Made by a program: the position numbers and the translations under genes. Below are positions 1 through 12,862 of a stretch of 64,000 nucleotides of DNA, in pieces (position 1 is the first letter of the stretch; every line of letters starts with the position of its first letter). Source of the DNA: Paraphysomonas bandaiensis (Eukaryota > Protista > Chrysophyceae); the NCBI GenBank assembly GCA_965644295.1, contig CBFFRP010000074.1, positions 123,140 through 187,139 on the forward strand. Reading direction: 5' to 3'. The notes beneath the pieces are model-generated. The model made no database searches, had not been told where the DNA came from, and saw only the letters and a list, made by a program, of their open reading frames with translations.

Positions 1-1483
1 CATTTCTCTGCTGTTGCACTGGTACATACAACCACAGCTACTGTCCATTGCACCATAGCAGTATGAGTCTCATCAGCATTGCATACTAAAGCATAATGTA
101 ATGAACTAGTATTAAAATGAGTACATATAATAGAATTTATTGTACGTGTCCCTGTAGTGCCTTGACCTGCATTAACAGACTTTAGCTTAACGGATGCTTG
201 GCTTAATCCAGGAAGAGTCAGACCATATCGAGGTAAGCGAAGAGCATTCAATGATGATACCAAATACTTGTCTATATCTTGTTTAATTGCACTAGAACAG
301 TTGCTTTGCATATTTCAATATGGTTTCATTGTACGGACATGCAACTCAGTCATTAACTGACCTTCCAAACCGTGAATATCATGCATAACAATACAGCAGA
401 GGTACAGCAGTACATGTATAGAGATGTACTGCTGTACTCGTTATGCACCAAGATGCTGTATAGATCTGTACATGTCAGATGTACTGATAGACTGGTACAG
501 CAGTACATATAGGCTGCTCAAGACACACATGCAATGTACCACTGTACCACTGTTCCTGTATATACCGTGCGTATACAGCAGTACTGTGGATGTCGCCCTT
601 ATCTATGCATCTAAACTCTGTACATAAACTGTCCACAGATATACACTATATATATATAGCAGTGTTGAATCAATATAGAGACAACGAAACAAGATATTGA
701 CTGGAAATGTAATTGATAACAATATTTTAAGCTAAGGTTACTGCTCGTGTTGCATTTGGTGCTACTATAACAGTTGTAGAAGGTGGACTAATTTGACGAG
801 ATCAGCAATTTGAATCCCCTCATTTGACACCATGCATTCGTGTGGAAGATAGTCCTTATCTAAAAGATATTATCCGCATATCCGGTTGACTTCATGCAGC
901 CCAGACGGCAGTAGTAAACTCGGTGTTTTTTGTTTGATGTGAATTCCAATATGCGACTTTAGCACCTCTGTTTACTACTAAGTACATTTCATTGAAGCAA
1001 GGTATTCAAGCGTTACAAGTAACATTTTTTCTAATGAAGAGTCGTCTAACCTCCTGTAAATATACTCGCGGGAGAATACTACTAGCCATTGTGCTGGTAC
1101 ACAAATTTTGTAAATTTTGTACCCACCATGCAGGGTTGAATCGAGTTGCAACCATCTTTAATCCTTCCTAATATGAGCAGTACGAAAGTGTTGAGGGTTA
1201 CGGCCACATTGCAAGTATGTGATTATAAGTTAAGCTTCCATGAAGTTGTAACTATATAATAGCTTCTGTATTGCAATCATAGAAAAATACCAAACACAAT
1301 TCAGAGTCCAATGTAGAATCACTCCAATATGAATATGTAATGGTTGAATTGCTACTACGACTCTATTCTGCCTGGGACAATGTACAGTAGTAGCTGGTAG
1401 CCCACGACTTCCCATCATCATGTTAATTAGCTATAGGCGTGTAAGGGTCAGAACTCATGTAGCAAAACAATATTACTAACTAT

Positions 1484-1638
1484 TGCTTAACTCTGATATC
1501 CTACTATTTGGCAGATGTCAGGTATATTTGGCAGATGTTTTCTTTGAGTGATTGAGCGAAAGTAGTTGCACCTTCGTGTTTGCGGTGACGCACAAGCAGC
1601 TTTCGTGGAGTAATATAGTAGGATATCAGAGTTAAGCA
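1484..1638. mobile_element. MITE-like copy of a dispersed repeat, with 24-bp perfect inverted repeats
   Basis: TGCTTAACTCTGATATCCTACTAT (1484-1507) is the exact reverse complement of 1615-1638. The interior carries the repeat core shared with ~25045, ~33432 and ~45597. Confidence 0.6.
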
Positions 1639-2082
1639 CTGATTCTTAAGGCCTATTGCTAATAATAAGACATTGACTACTACATCGATTAAGAAGCCTC
1701 TGGCCCTCGGAACGATATGGGTATATCAAGCAAAAATCTTGTACCACATTGTGTGGACGGTTTCTACAAAACTAGTTTCTTGTATCGAACGTACAATAGT
1801 ACAGCGACTCGAGGATCTATCTTTCGAGGCTATTAAAAATAAATCCATAGAAACTGGTGTGTAGTGTGTAATATTCGAGCGAGAAAGCTATAATGGTTTA
1901 TAAAATACGGTAGGTTTATAAAAACATAGGATTCTAACTACGTTATTTTATTGTTTCGTGATAGATAACTGCTTGCCACTTCAAAGCTTATTATTTTTCG
2001 CCTTTGTTACATTATGTAGCCAGCAAGGACAATAAAACTCTATATACATGTATTACAATAATAAATCACATGGGTTGTCCCG

Positions 2083-5000
2083 CTATATTGTTGTGGAACA
2101 CATTTGTGCCTGCAACAGCTCCTTCGTCACTCCGACTTCTTCAAGTTGTAATTTCACATCATAACTACACCTCATCATGTTGTTCAGGCAACATGCAGCT
2201 GCCATCCTGCAAACGGGCAGGTCACGTTTAAGTACCCCCACAATAGAGCACAAACCGCCAGCCGTAACTACCAGCAGTGCAATATCCCGTTCTGTTTTCA
2301 CCATATGCCCGAGGGTACAGAGTGCTGCTTCACAGCAGCAGTCACTATTACTTTCAACTAATTTTATGAGTGGATCTATAGCATCTCTCAAAGCAATGTT
2401 CGAACCACAGTAACTAACCAAACTATTTAATACCCACGCCGCCTCGGCCTTGCACTTTTCAGATCCACGCTTCAGCAGTTCGATAAGTACTTCAATTCCA
2501 CCACAATCAACAATATGCATAATACTCAGACTGTGATACCAAGTCAGGCATCGCAGTGCACTCACTGCTCTTTCTGCCGTGCTCTGACCAGCGGACAGCA
2601 TATCAACCAGGGGGGCTGTGGCATCAGACTTCACAATCGCACTACGACTGAAATCATCGTATGCCAAGATCCTAACCAGATCTGCGGCATCCTCACGTAT
2701 ATTTAATGCACAGCAGTGATTGCGTAAAATATCTACCACAACCTCAAGCACCCCTTCATCCTCTACCACGGATCGCTTAAGAGCAGTTGTACAGCCAACG
2801 CAGAGAAGGTAAAGTGGGCGGAGAGCGGACGGCCTGTTCCTATCTCCTACACGAAGGAGGTTTACAAGAGCAGGAATTGCCCCAACATCAATCATCCGAG
2901 CCTTGCCTTCTGGATCAGAGGCCAGGGCTCCAATCGCGTCCGCAGCTGCTTGTCCACAATCACCGACACTGCACCACAACATACGCACTAGATGGACATG
3001 AACTCCAATTTCAAACGCAGGGAAAGCAGTCTGAGGGACGCGATATATTAATGACTGAAGTAAATTCGCACTTCTAGCACATAACGTACAATCCTCGCCT
3101 TGGAGTAAGACCCCAATGGAGAATAACAAAGATTCGTGACCCATACTCAAAGCATTTTCTTCCTCGCTAGCGAGAATCCTCAGAGCCTCTAAGGAATCCA
3201 GTTGAGCGTCTCGTGATCCATGCAGAAGCATTGACACAAGGTCAAATCCCCCCTCTTGAAGCTCATGAAATGTAAATCCGTCTGCGGCCATCTTGGTAGC
3301 ACCCACACCATCTAGTCGCCTTTGGGCTGCAAGCACAGACAAAGCCACACCAGCGGATCGTAGCAGCGGAAGAGTAAAACCTGCCTGCCGTAATTCTGTG
3401 GGGCCAATGTTTTGAAGAGTCCAAGCAGCGGCCTCTTTGCATGCTTCTGATCCAGTACGTAAAAGGCGCAGAAGAGGGCCGAGTGCACCAGAGTCAACTA
3501 CTATCATACAATTTGCAGCGTCACATGCAAGACTACAGAGTGCCCATGTCGCCGCTTCCTTTGACGAATCCGAACCACAACTAAGCATTTGGATAAGCAT
3601 TGGAATAGCAGCACCTCCTGCAGTAACAATTTCGACATCAGCACACCCATGTGTCAGATATCTGAAAGCCCATGCACAGGCTTCCCGAACCCTGCCCTGT
3701 CCCTTGCGCACCACATGAACCATTACGTCAATTCCATTCTCCTCCTTCAGAATACGCCTATTTTCATCCTCGGATATCAAACTCCCAAGTACCCACACTG
3801 CTGCCTCGCACCACCTATTCAGATATATTTCAGTAAAATAGTACACCTGTCAACTCAACTGATCACCTTTCGGTATTCTCATTGTCACGAATAATAGAAA
3901 GAAGTCGTGTAATAGCACCAGCGTTGCCGATGGCAACTTTATTCTCTTTATTACATGCAAGTCCACCTAATGCACTAGCGGTAGCTTCATTCAATTGAGT
4001 GCTAGATTCAGGTCCCAGAATTGCCACCAGTCTATCAACTGCTCCCAATTCACATACTTTTTCAACATTCTCTTCGTCACACGCTAAATTTCTCAAAGCC
4101 CAAGCTGCGGCTTCTTGGCAACCTTCCGACGTGCTACTTAACAATGAAACTAAAGGCTCAATAGCACCCGCTGCCGCAATCGAAACCATATTTTCACAAT
4201 CACATGCGAGATTACACAGTGCCCTGGCAGCTGCTTCCTCAAATCTAAAACACCGTGTAAGCATATCAAAGTGTCCTCATGAAGAATTACCTAACATTGC
4301 CGTGGGAAAGGAGTTGAACCAAGGGCTTTATTGCCCCAGCACTCGCAATCACTGATACAATGTTACTATCACAAGCCAGATTGCAAAGAGCTCGTGCAGC
4401 AGACTCTTTAAAGCAGTCAGTACCGTTAAGCAACTGGTCTACCAGCGGGTCAACTGCACCGGCTAAAGCAATCGCTGTCATATTAGCAGCGTTATCTCGC
4501 GCCAAGCTCCGCAATGCCCAGGTTGAAGCATCTTTGCAACTATCACCCCCCCCACGGAGTAGGTCCACGAGAGCAGGGATAGCCCCCGCATCTGCAACCT
4601 GGACTTGGCTCTCACTGTTACAGGCCAGTGCTCCAATAGCCGCTGCGGCTGCTAAACAGCATTCGCTCACTTCTGAACGTACCATATGTACCAGGGGGTC
4701 GAGAACTCCGGCGGCAATAATTTCGTCCTCGTTGCTTTCGTCACAAACGAGTTCGTGTATACAGCGTGCAGCGTCGATACGCAAGGCATCATCGCTTCCC
4801 CTCAACATAGCCAACAAGTCGAAACCAGCATCGACAATCTCACTGTATGTGAATCCATCAGTAGCCATATCACAAGCGCTGGCTCCGTCAAGCCGGCGCT
4901 GTGCAGCAAGTACCGATAGTGCGATGCCACCTGACATACGAAGTTCCGCGAGTGTAAACCCAGCGTACTTGTCGTCCCCTAAAGAGAAACCAGCATCACG

Positions 5001-7958
5001 GAGACAATCGATCGTAAACCCTACATATTTGATCAACACGCGACTCAGTAAGATGATATGTATGTACTACCTGCACCAATTAGTTGTGCCGCTGAAAAAC
5101 CACCCAAGCGAAGTTCTTTCGCCGTAAACCCTTCTTGCTTGAGAGCATCAATAGTTACACCACTCTGACGTAATTCACATAAAAACCACTCCGGCCGCTC
5201 AGAATTGGATACACCAGTGCTACGTTTGTCGACGATCTCCACATGACTGGCAGATGATGAATCCACTTCACTGACAGAGTCCACATTCTCTTGGCTAGGT
5301 GAACCTCCCCAAGCACCAGAGTATAACATACTCGTGCTCTTTGAAACAGAGCGCTGTGGTATTTCTTTTCCTTCGAGAAGAATCCCTTCGTCATTAAAAT
5401 CCGCGCAGAGATAGGCCATTAATTCACGGGCAGCATTCTCAACAACACATAAATCCTCAACTATACAAGTTCTCAGTTCAGAGCAAACTTCCGGGATGTT
5501 TCCATCGTTGTCGTTCATATAGCGATCCAGCCCTACGAAGCAAAAATACATCAAGATAAAAATAATATATTGCCTTTAAAAATACTACCATGATCAATAC
5601 ACGACGACAAATCTTCAATGGATATTAAAAACTGTTCACGAGTGAGTATAGTGATGAGCGCACTAGACAGCTGGTGCATATTAAACTTTATCACGGCATT
5701 GCTGCAATTAGTAAAATCGAATTCCACTGTTACACACCCTCCTGGTCGGGACAACGATGTAAACGAGTTCACGCAATGTAACATGTCTTCCAAAGCATCA
5801 GAAAGCTTAGTTTTAACCTGTTCATGAACTGCGTCAGCTAAAAATGAAAGGAGTCCAGTGGAAGATCCATCCAAGCTCGTTCCACTGGTGTCAAACCTTC
5901 CGAGTCTACATGCAGAGGAGTCCTGACGCCATAGTTGTAACAGATTACTTCTCCACACGGTGCATGCCCTGTACAGCCATCGATTAACAGTTAAACCAAA
6001 ATCACTGTATATTTTTGCCTGGTGAGACTGGAACGGCATTCTTCTATCAGTGAATTTCGTACGGAATCAATATATCCATCTACAGAATTGCCAGGCAGGA
6101 GACAGTCTTTGATATATATATCGTCGCGTAAGACAAGACGAGATATGTTTTGCTGGAAGGTATGTAATACTTCAGTACCATAAATCTGACACAGGCATGA
6201 AAAATTATTTGATACAATATCCCGGCAAGCTCGAGATGTGACTTGAACGAAATCCTTCGAACTCAATGTGTACATCGAAGTTGCTATTATATCCTAACAT
6301 ATGCATAAGCTGTTGCCATCACTTTAAAGTAGGTACCTTTTGCTTATTGCTATCACAAGGTGGTGCGGGCAATCCAATATCAGCGTACATTTTCAAAAGT
6401 TTTTCATACTCGTCAACAAGAAGGCGTAGAAGTCTAGGTACCCATGATTCCCGCAATGAGGACAGGTACATATGTCCCATCAAACTAACAAGAGCCTCAC
6501 AAGTCGCCCGGCCACTTCGGACTGCGTCTTCAAATTCGTTAGACATGAAACACATAGTTTCCTCAACTGCTGTCCTGAGCATGTTGGTATAACGCCAGTT
6601 CTCTTCATCATGCTTCGAATTGACAGTACTTCCTTCGGAAGGCGGTACTACAGAAGTAAATAAGTATCCGTGTTGGAGATCATCATCACACCCATGTGAT
6701 GCATCTCTAGAATCTAAACCCCATCGAACAGCGAACAAGTCATTTTTACTTCTAAGCAAGAACTTATCACATTTCGTTATGACTCCAATAGTGCGGTCCT
6801 ACTCATAATTATACAAAATACACAATAACATTATAGACAGTTCACCTGAAGGTGAAGTCCTCTTACTGCATCAAGAGCGCATGAATGCCGCACTTTATCC
6901 TCATCTGACTCAGTTACGGCAATGTACATACAATTAGGGAACATAAGCACATGGTTATCTAAAATCTTCAAGCGGTCACTTCTCAGCTCCTTCCAGTCCC
7001 GGTCACTGAATACAGAAGTTGTGTTGGGTGAATCGGGGACAGTTGTCGGCAGTAATCCAGGAAGATCGACTAAATCAATAGTTGGTACTGAAGGCGAATA
7101 AAAGTGAACAACAATGGCGCGGTCAATGCACACTTCATAAGGCCGTACGACAACTGCCACAGATGAGACGTCATCTGCATTCGTGTTACTGTCACCGTCT
7201 TGTGAATGTATCGTCGTCAACGATTCCCGACGGCGGCACTTCGCCACAGTCTCCCGTACAAGTACATCGCGCATAGTATCCGCTATGATAGAATGTGCAC
7301 TTTCAAGTGTAGGAATTACAACTGCATCGCCTATCTGAACCTACATGTAGTGCACAATCATCCGACAAAAAGTGCACAATTATCCACATACTTTGCGGCT
7401 AGTATCGATTACTCTCAGTATCGGGCTGGAACTCTCAGGGGCATAACGGAGCTTGACTATGAGTGGCATACACGTCTCTTTCATGGGCCCACAGGGAAAT
7501 AATGAATACATGACGAGCCTCTCTAACAATGAACTTTTACCGCTTCCTATCTCTCCAATAACTGCAAACTGAGGAACATTCCACTCAGAACATGATTCCC
7601 GAATATAGGGTGGAATAATCTCAAAGATCTTTACTAATTTGCGCAAAGATACAATGCGATTACAATCTTTATTCAGTTGTGTTCGTGTGATATCAGTACA
7701 CCTCCTGTATCTATCTAACTCAGATGTCAGAGCATACATCTCTTTCTTTAACTCATCATTTGATATCAGTTCAGTTGATATCTCACATCCAGTTAAAGGA
7801 GAGGTATAGGGACGATTATTAGATTCACATACAACAAACCATTTCATAATAGTTTCTTTAGAGTATGTGTATCCATCCTCTGCTATAACAGGATCAGTGA
7901 AAATATCTTGACTTATAGGATCAATATACTTGTGAATTGATGGAAGTATAGATGACAT
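2083..7958 (-). CDS. U-box + dynamin-like GTPase + LxxxGF repeats + armadillo-repeat protein (9 exons, ~1,800 aa)
   Basis: N-terminal U-box (YIDPISQDIFTDPVIAEDGYTYSKETIMKWF...SPLTG). Dynamin-type motifs: G1 PQFAVIGEIGSGKSSLLERL, G2 Thr in ETCMP, G3 LVDLPGL, G4 RTIGVITKCD. Many ARM repeats (EAAAWALRNLA, AGAIEPLVSLL). The ORFs join in frame through ~43-56 nt introns, e.g. 7341-7391, 6799-6845, 6294-6336, 5969-6018. Confidence 0.85.
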
Positions 7959-8030
7959 GTATGACTAACTGGATATAGTAACTAATACATTTAAGTCCCT
8001 TAGTTAGTTAGTGTAAGTTCATATGTATGT

Positions 8031-8130
8031 AGTGAAGTACAGTGAAGTGTAGTGAAGTACAGTGAAGTGTAGTGAAGTGCAGTGAAGTGTAGTGAAGTGC
8101 AGTGAAGTGTAGTGAAGTGCAGTGAAGTTA
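8031..8130. repeat. Decamer tandem repeat (AGTGAAGTNN)x10
   Basis: Ten consecutive AGTGAAGT+AC/GT/GC/TA units, directly visible. Confidence 0.95.
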
Positions 8131-9715
8131 GTAGAAGAATAGAATACGTATACTTTGATATCTTCACTTCACTATATATATATATGTATATAGAGGATAC
8201 AAAGAAGTATTATATATAGACTTCAATATAAACAACTGAACACACTTCTTCTTCTTCTTTACATACTTCAATGTAAAGTATGTGATAACACAGTCATTAT
8301 AATCGTGTCTAGAATGTCTTTGTGTTTTGTCTGTGGACGAGACGAGATCATTCATACGAAGTTTGATTGCTGTACATACATTGTGTATAGGTACGAAGGC
8401 ATACCTACGTACGAACCCATATGAACAGGAGTACAAGTCCAGGAAGAAAACTGGAAATCCATGTTTTTTTACGTAATATTTTTATAGGGACTTTATCAAA
8501 TATCCCACATTATTATTCAAATTTCACCATAAAACACCTAGTTTTCGTATCTGAGAATCGACACTACTGTTCCTATTCCTATACACTGCTGCTCGATTCC
8601 ATTGCACATGTGTCCATATACATGTCCACAATCGCTCATACCACTCCCATCAGTTCACTTGAATAAGTTACATATCTCACAATATCTAACTCATCATGAC
8701 ACGATTTACTCCATATATTCCCACCACGATAATAGAAGTATCAACTAACTCATTCCATCATATGACAGTTTCCAGTTTCGCATGATATCCATACACTCCT
8801 TTATATATATGTATATATATCTGTACTTCTTACTTTACAATGTGGTGAATGAAATTCACTCAATCATGTGTGATATACGCGGTGTTTCATAACTCAGTCT
8901 GGTCTGTGTATCCTATCCTGTGATCTGTTACTGCCTTTTATTGAACATTAAATATTGAGACCCATTTAAACTATACGGGGTGATATTTTGCTTTTAAGTA
9001 GCATGCAATAAACACCTCAATTATATGAAAGATCCATGAAGAAGTACCATAAACGGATGTGACACTATTCAAAGTATACATAGAATACATTATTCTCGCG
9101 ATTATTAACTTTGCAAAAACTAATACACAAAGTGCTTAAATTATGATCTCAAAGCATGAGCATTGGTTACCTTGACTATAACGTTGGCAGTTTGTGCAGT
9201 AAGTTTAATAGATAATTAGAAATAGTATATTATCTATCTCTCTCATATCAAGTCAATTAAAGAACTCATTGCTTGAAGCGTTTAGTTCGTTTTTGTTGTT
9301 CCATTTCCTGGATGTTGTAGAAACTATTTGTACTCATGTACTTCAGTAGAGTGTGACTAGATATAAGATATAAATTCGACTATACAATACTCTCTTTCAA
9401 ACTACTATAATGCCAGCAGCAATAAGCATATAATCTTTATGCTACCTATCGCTCCAGGATTCTTCCTTAGTCGAATTTCTCTGCTTCATTAGTAGCTCCA
9501 CATCGTTCTAAATAATATTCAACAAATTGTTTGTATTACTCACTGTATTGAGTAGTCGTATAATTTAAAGTTCATAAAATACCCAAAATTTGGCCAATTT
9601 ATTTACATTAAGTATAGAACTCTACGGTGTGCTGCATTAAAAACCCACACCCTCAATATATATTATGCACATCTCCATATAATATTCACAAATCGACATA
9701 TACTATTCGTAAAAG

Positions 9716-12442
9716 CTATCTGTCACTCGAATCAAGAATTTCTTTTGTCGCATTTTCTAAGCTGGATATCATGTCCATGATATTCCCTTTGGGTAATACT
9801 TGATCCGAAATGCCTGTACCATCGCTAGCACCTAAATCATCTTCATTACAGCTGCTTTCTAGAAGTTCGTTTTGTGCTCTGGATTCCATGGTCTTCCTGC
9901 ACAGCTCATCTCTTTCGCTATTTTTAGGACGCTTATGCACATTACCTTTCTTCGGTACTTTCACTTCTCGTTTTCTCTTTCTGAAACTTCCAACTTCACT
10001 AAGTTCTTCCTGTGCAGCCTCATCATCCATTACTTCTCTGGTGGCCGCTTCAAGCTGGTCTAATATACTCAACGAATCACCATTCCTGTTGCCAGATAAT
10101 TCCTGTGGGGTTGTTTGCGCAGTGAGCAGACGGACGGATGATTCAGTGGGGAGCATACTGGTGGTCGAGCTGTTACCTACACTGCGCGAAAACTCACCCA
10201 TTACTTCCTGGGTACTTCTCTCAAGCGCCTCCAACACATCACCACCACCCATACTCGCTGGTGCAACAAATGCGTGAGATGCTTTTGGCGCTCTATCACT
10301 AGGTGTGTTCGAGGTAGTACGACGTTTACTCTTCCCAGGTGCTCCTGTGCGAGTCTTTTTCTGCTTCTGAGCACGCGATGAAGGACGTTGGTTATCAGTG
10401 AATTCTTCTGATGGACTAACTCCCTCCCGCACAGCCTCATCATCCATTACTTCTCTGGTGGCCGCTTCAAGCTGGTCTAATATACTCAACGAATCACCAT
10501 TCCTGTTGCCAGATAATTCCTGTGGGGTTGTTTGCGCAGTGAGCAGACGGACGGATGATTCAGTGGGGAGCATACTGGTGGTCGAGCTGTTACCTACACT
10601 GCGCGAAAACTCACCCATTACTTCCTGGGTACTTCTCTCAAGCGCCTCCAACACATCACCACCACCCATACTCGCTGGTGCAACAAATGCGTGAGATGCT
10701 TTTGGCGCTCTATCACTAGGTGTGTTCGAGGTAGTACGACGTTTACTCTTCCCAGGTGCTCCTGTGCGAGTCTTTTTCTGCTTCTGAGCACGCGATGAAG
10801 GACGTTGGTTATCAGTGAATTCTTTTGATGGACTAACTCCCTCCCGCACAGCCTCATCATCCATTACTTCTCTGGTGGCCGCTTCAAGCTGGTCTAATAT
10901 ACTCAACGAATCACCATTCCTGTTGCCAGATAATTCCTGTGGGGTTGTTTGCGCAGTGAGCAGACGGACGGATGATTCAGTGGGGAGCATACTGGTGGTC
11001 GAGCTGTTACCTACACTGCGCGAAAACTCACCCATTACTTCCTGGGTACTTCTCTCAAGCGCCTCCAACACATCACCACCACCCATACTCGCTGGTGCAA
11101 CAAATGCGTGAGATGCTTTTGGCGCTCTATCACTAGGTGTGTTCGAGGTAGTACGACGTTTACTCTTCCCAGGTGCTCCTGTGCGAGTCTTTTTCTGCTT
11201 CTGAGCACGCGATGAAGGACGTTGGTTATCAGTGAATTCTTCTGATGGACTAACTCCCTCCTGTACAGCTTCATCACCCATTACTTCTCTGGTGGCCGCT
11301 TCAAGCTGGTCTAATATTCCCACACCGCTTAATTCACTCTTACCTTTGGGGCTGTCAGCTTTTGACCCTCGATTAGTGTGTGAGCTTTTCTTGGTTGCCT
11401 TGTTTCTAGTAGGAGGTGTAGTATGAATATTTACATTCTCTACCCACCTATTACTCTCATGTGTTGGGGAAATTGATTGCGATTGCTCTAGAACTTCCAG
11501 AGTACTTTTTTCTAGAGCCTCGAGAAATCCTATAGAACCTTCACTGTTAGCAGTGGCTGCAGTTTGAAGATCTTGGGTTTCTAACAAATTTTGAGGGTTC
11601 TTAGTACTGGTGTTATCTGAATTAGTATTCGAACCAAATAGGAACTCTCTCACACTTTCGTCCATTGTGGCAGGAAGGTTCAATCCTCCACCCTCGTCAT
11701 GTGCAGAACTCACAGGACATCGAGGAACCTTAAACCCTTCTCCTGTAGTGCTATCAGGACTACTTTCCACTATACTCGCCACCTGCTTCGAATTCTCTTT
11801 TATGTACTCGACATTACTCAATAACTCGCTGATATCTGGTCTCAATTGCGTGCGAACTCTCAGCAATGTGGCCACTCTATACAAGGAAGGACCGCCAGTA
11901 TAAGCAGCAAAGTGAAATGCACTAGAATTAAGGAGTTTATGAAAAATACTGGATGCATGATACCCCAGGCCATTTCGAAATACATCTATCTGCTCATATG
12001 CAACAAGTAGCTCTGCCCAGATCTCTGGTGACACCCGAATTTTAATGTTCTGATGACATTGTTGGCGAGTGAAATATAGCGTGTATAACGTGTAGAAAAC
12101 GCCAATATTCCATATTAATTTACCAATCCTAACATCATATTCATCTAAGAGGCCAGTGGGACATGTGTGTAACAAGTCCAGTGCTGTATTCAATGATTAT
12201 ATACGTCTATTAGTAACAATTCATAACTTACCACATTGAAATAAACACTGTATAAAGAGATTAGAATCAGCACGATTAGGGCATAAGTGGTGGATTTCAG
12301 ATAACCCTAGTTCAACCCATACAGTTTTAAACCCTGGAAACTGAAGATTTCTAGAGGATATAAATCTAGATAGAAGGGATGTGAGATCTTCAGTTATGGC
12401 ATCCCTTATGACACTAGTCTCTTGAGTTGGCCACACTTGCAT
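9716..12442 (-). CDS. SNAPC1: snRNA-activating protein complex subunit 1 (SNAP43)-like, with long repetitive C-terminus
   Basis: EDLTSLLSRF..FPGFKTVWVELGLSEIH and IGVFYTLYTLYFTRQ..KIRVSPEIW resemble the SNAP43 domain. A 48-nt GT-AG intron at 12184-12231 joins the two ORFs in frame. Confidence 0.7.
10015..11317. repeat. 417-bp (139-aa) coding tandem repeat, ~3.1 near-identical copies
   Basis: Units start at 10015, 10432, 10849 and 11266 (partial). The ORF track shows repeated ORFs offset by 417. Confidence 0.97.
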
Positions 12443-12862
12443 TGGGACATTAGTAGGAAATGTCTGTTATATAAATCATGTTTGGTTGATAGTGATGTAA
12501 GTATGTGTGTATGTATATATATGTGTCTTGAAATTTGAACACATACACATCTTACATATACATATACATATATATACATACACTGTACACTATATCCATG
12601 TGTGTATGTATATACAGGAGAGCATGAAATATCCCTCAACCAATAATTTCTGTGTACTATTTTTAGGAATTTATATAAATATTCCCTATATTCTGTAATC
12701 TAAGATATGATTTTATAAGAAATCCTTAAAATTTAAGATATTAGTACTATAAATATCCCAGATATTCTACACAACTATATAACATACATCAACTCACTCT
12801 AGCAACCTTAACACACTCCACTCCTACTCTATCAAACACACTATCTATCTATCATTGATATC

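Noticed and set aside
191-214. Similarity of CGGATGCTTGGCTTAATCCAGGAA to 25191-25214
   Set aside because: The match is short with several mismatches and does not extend, so it cannot be distinguished from chance.
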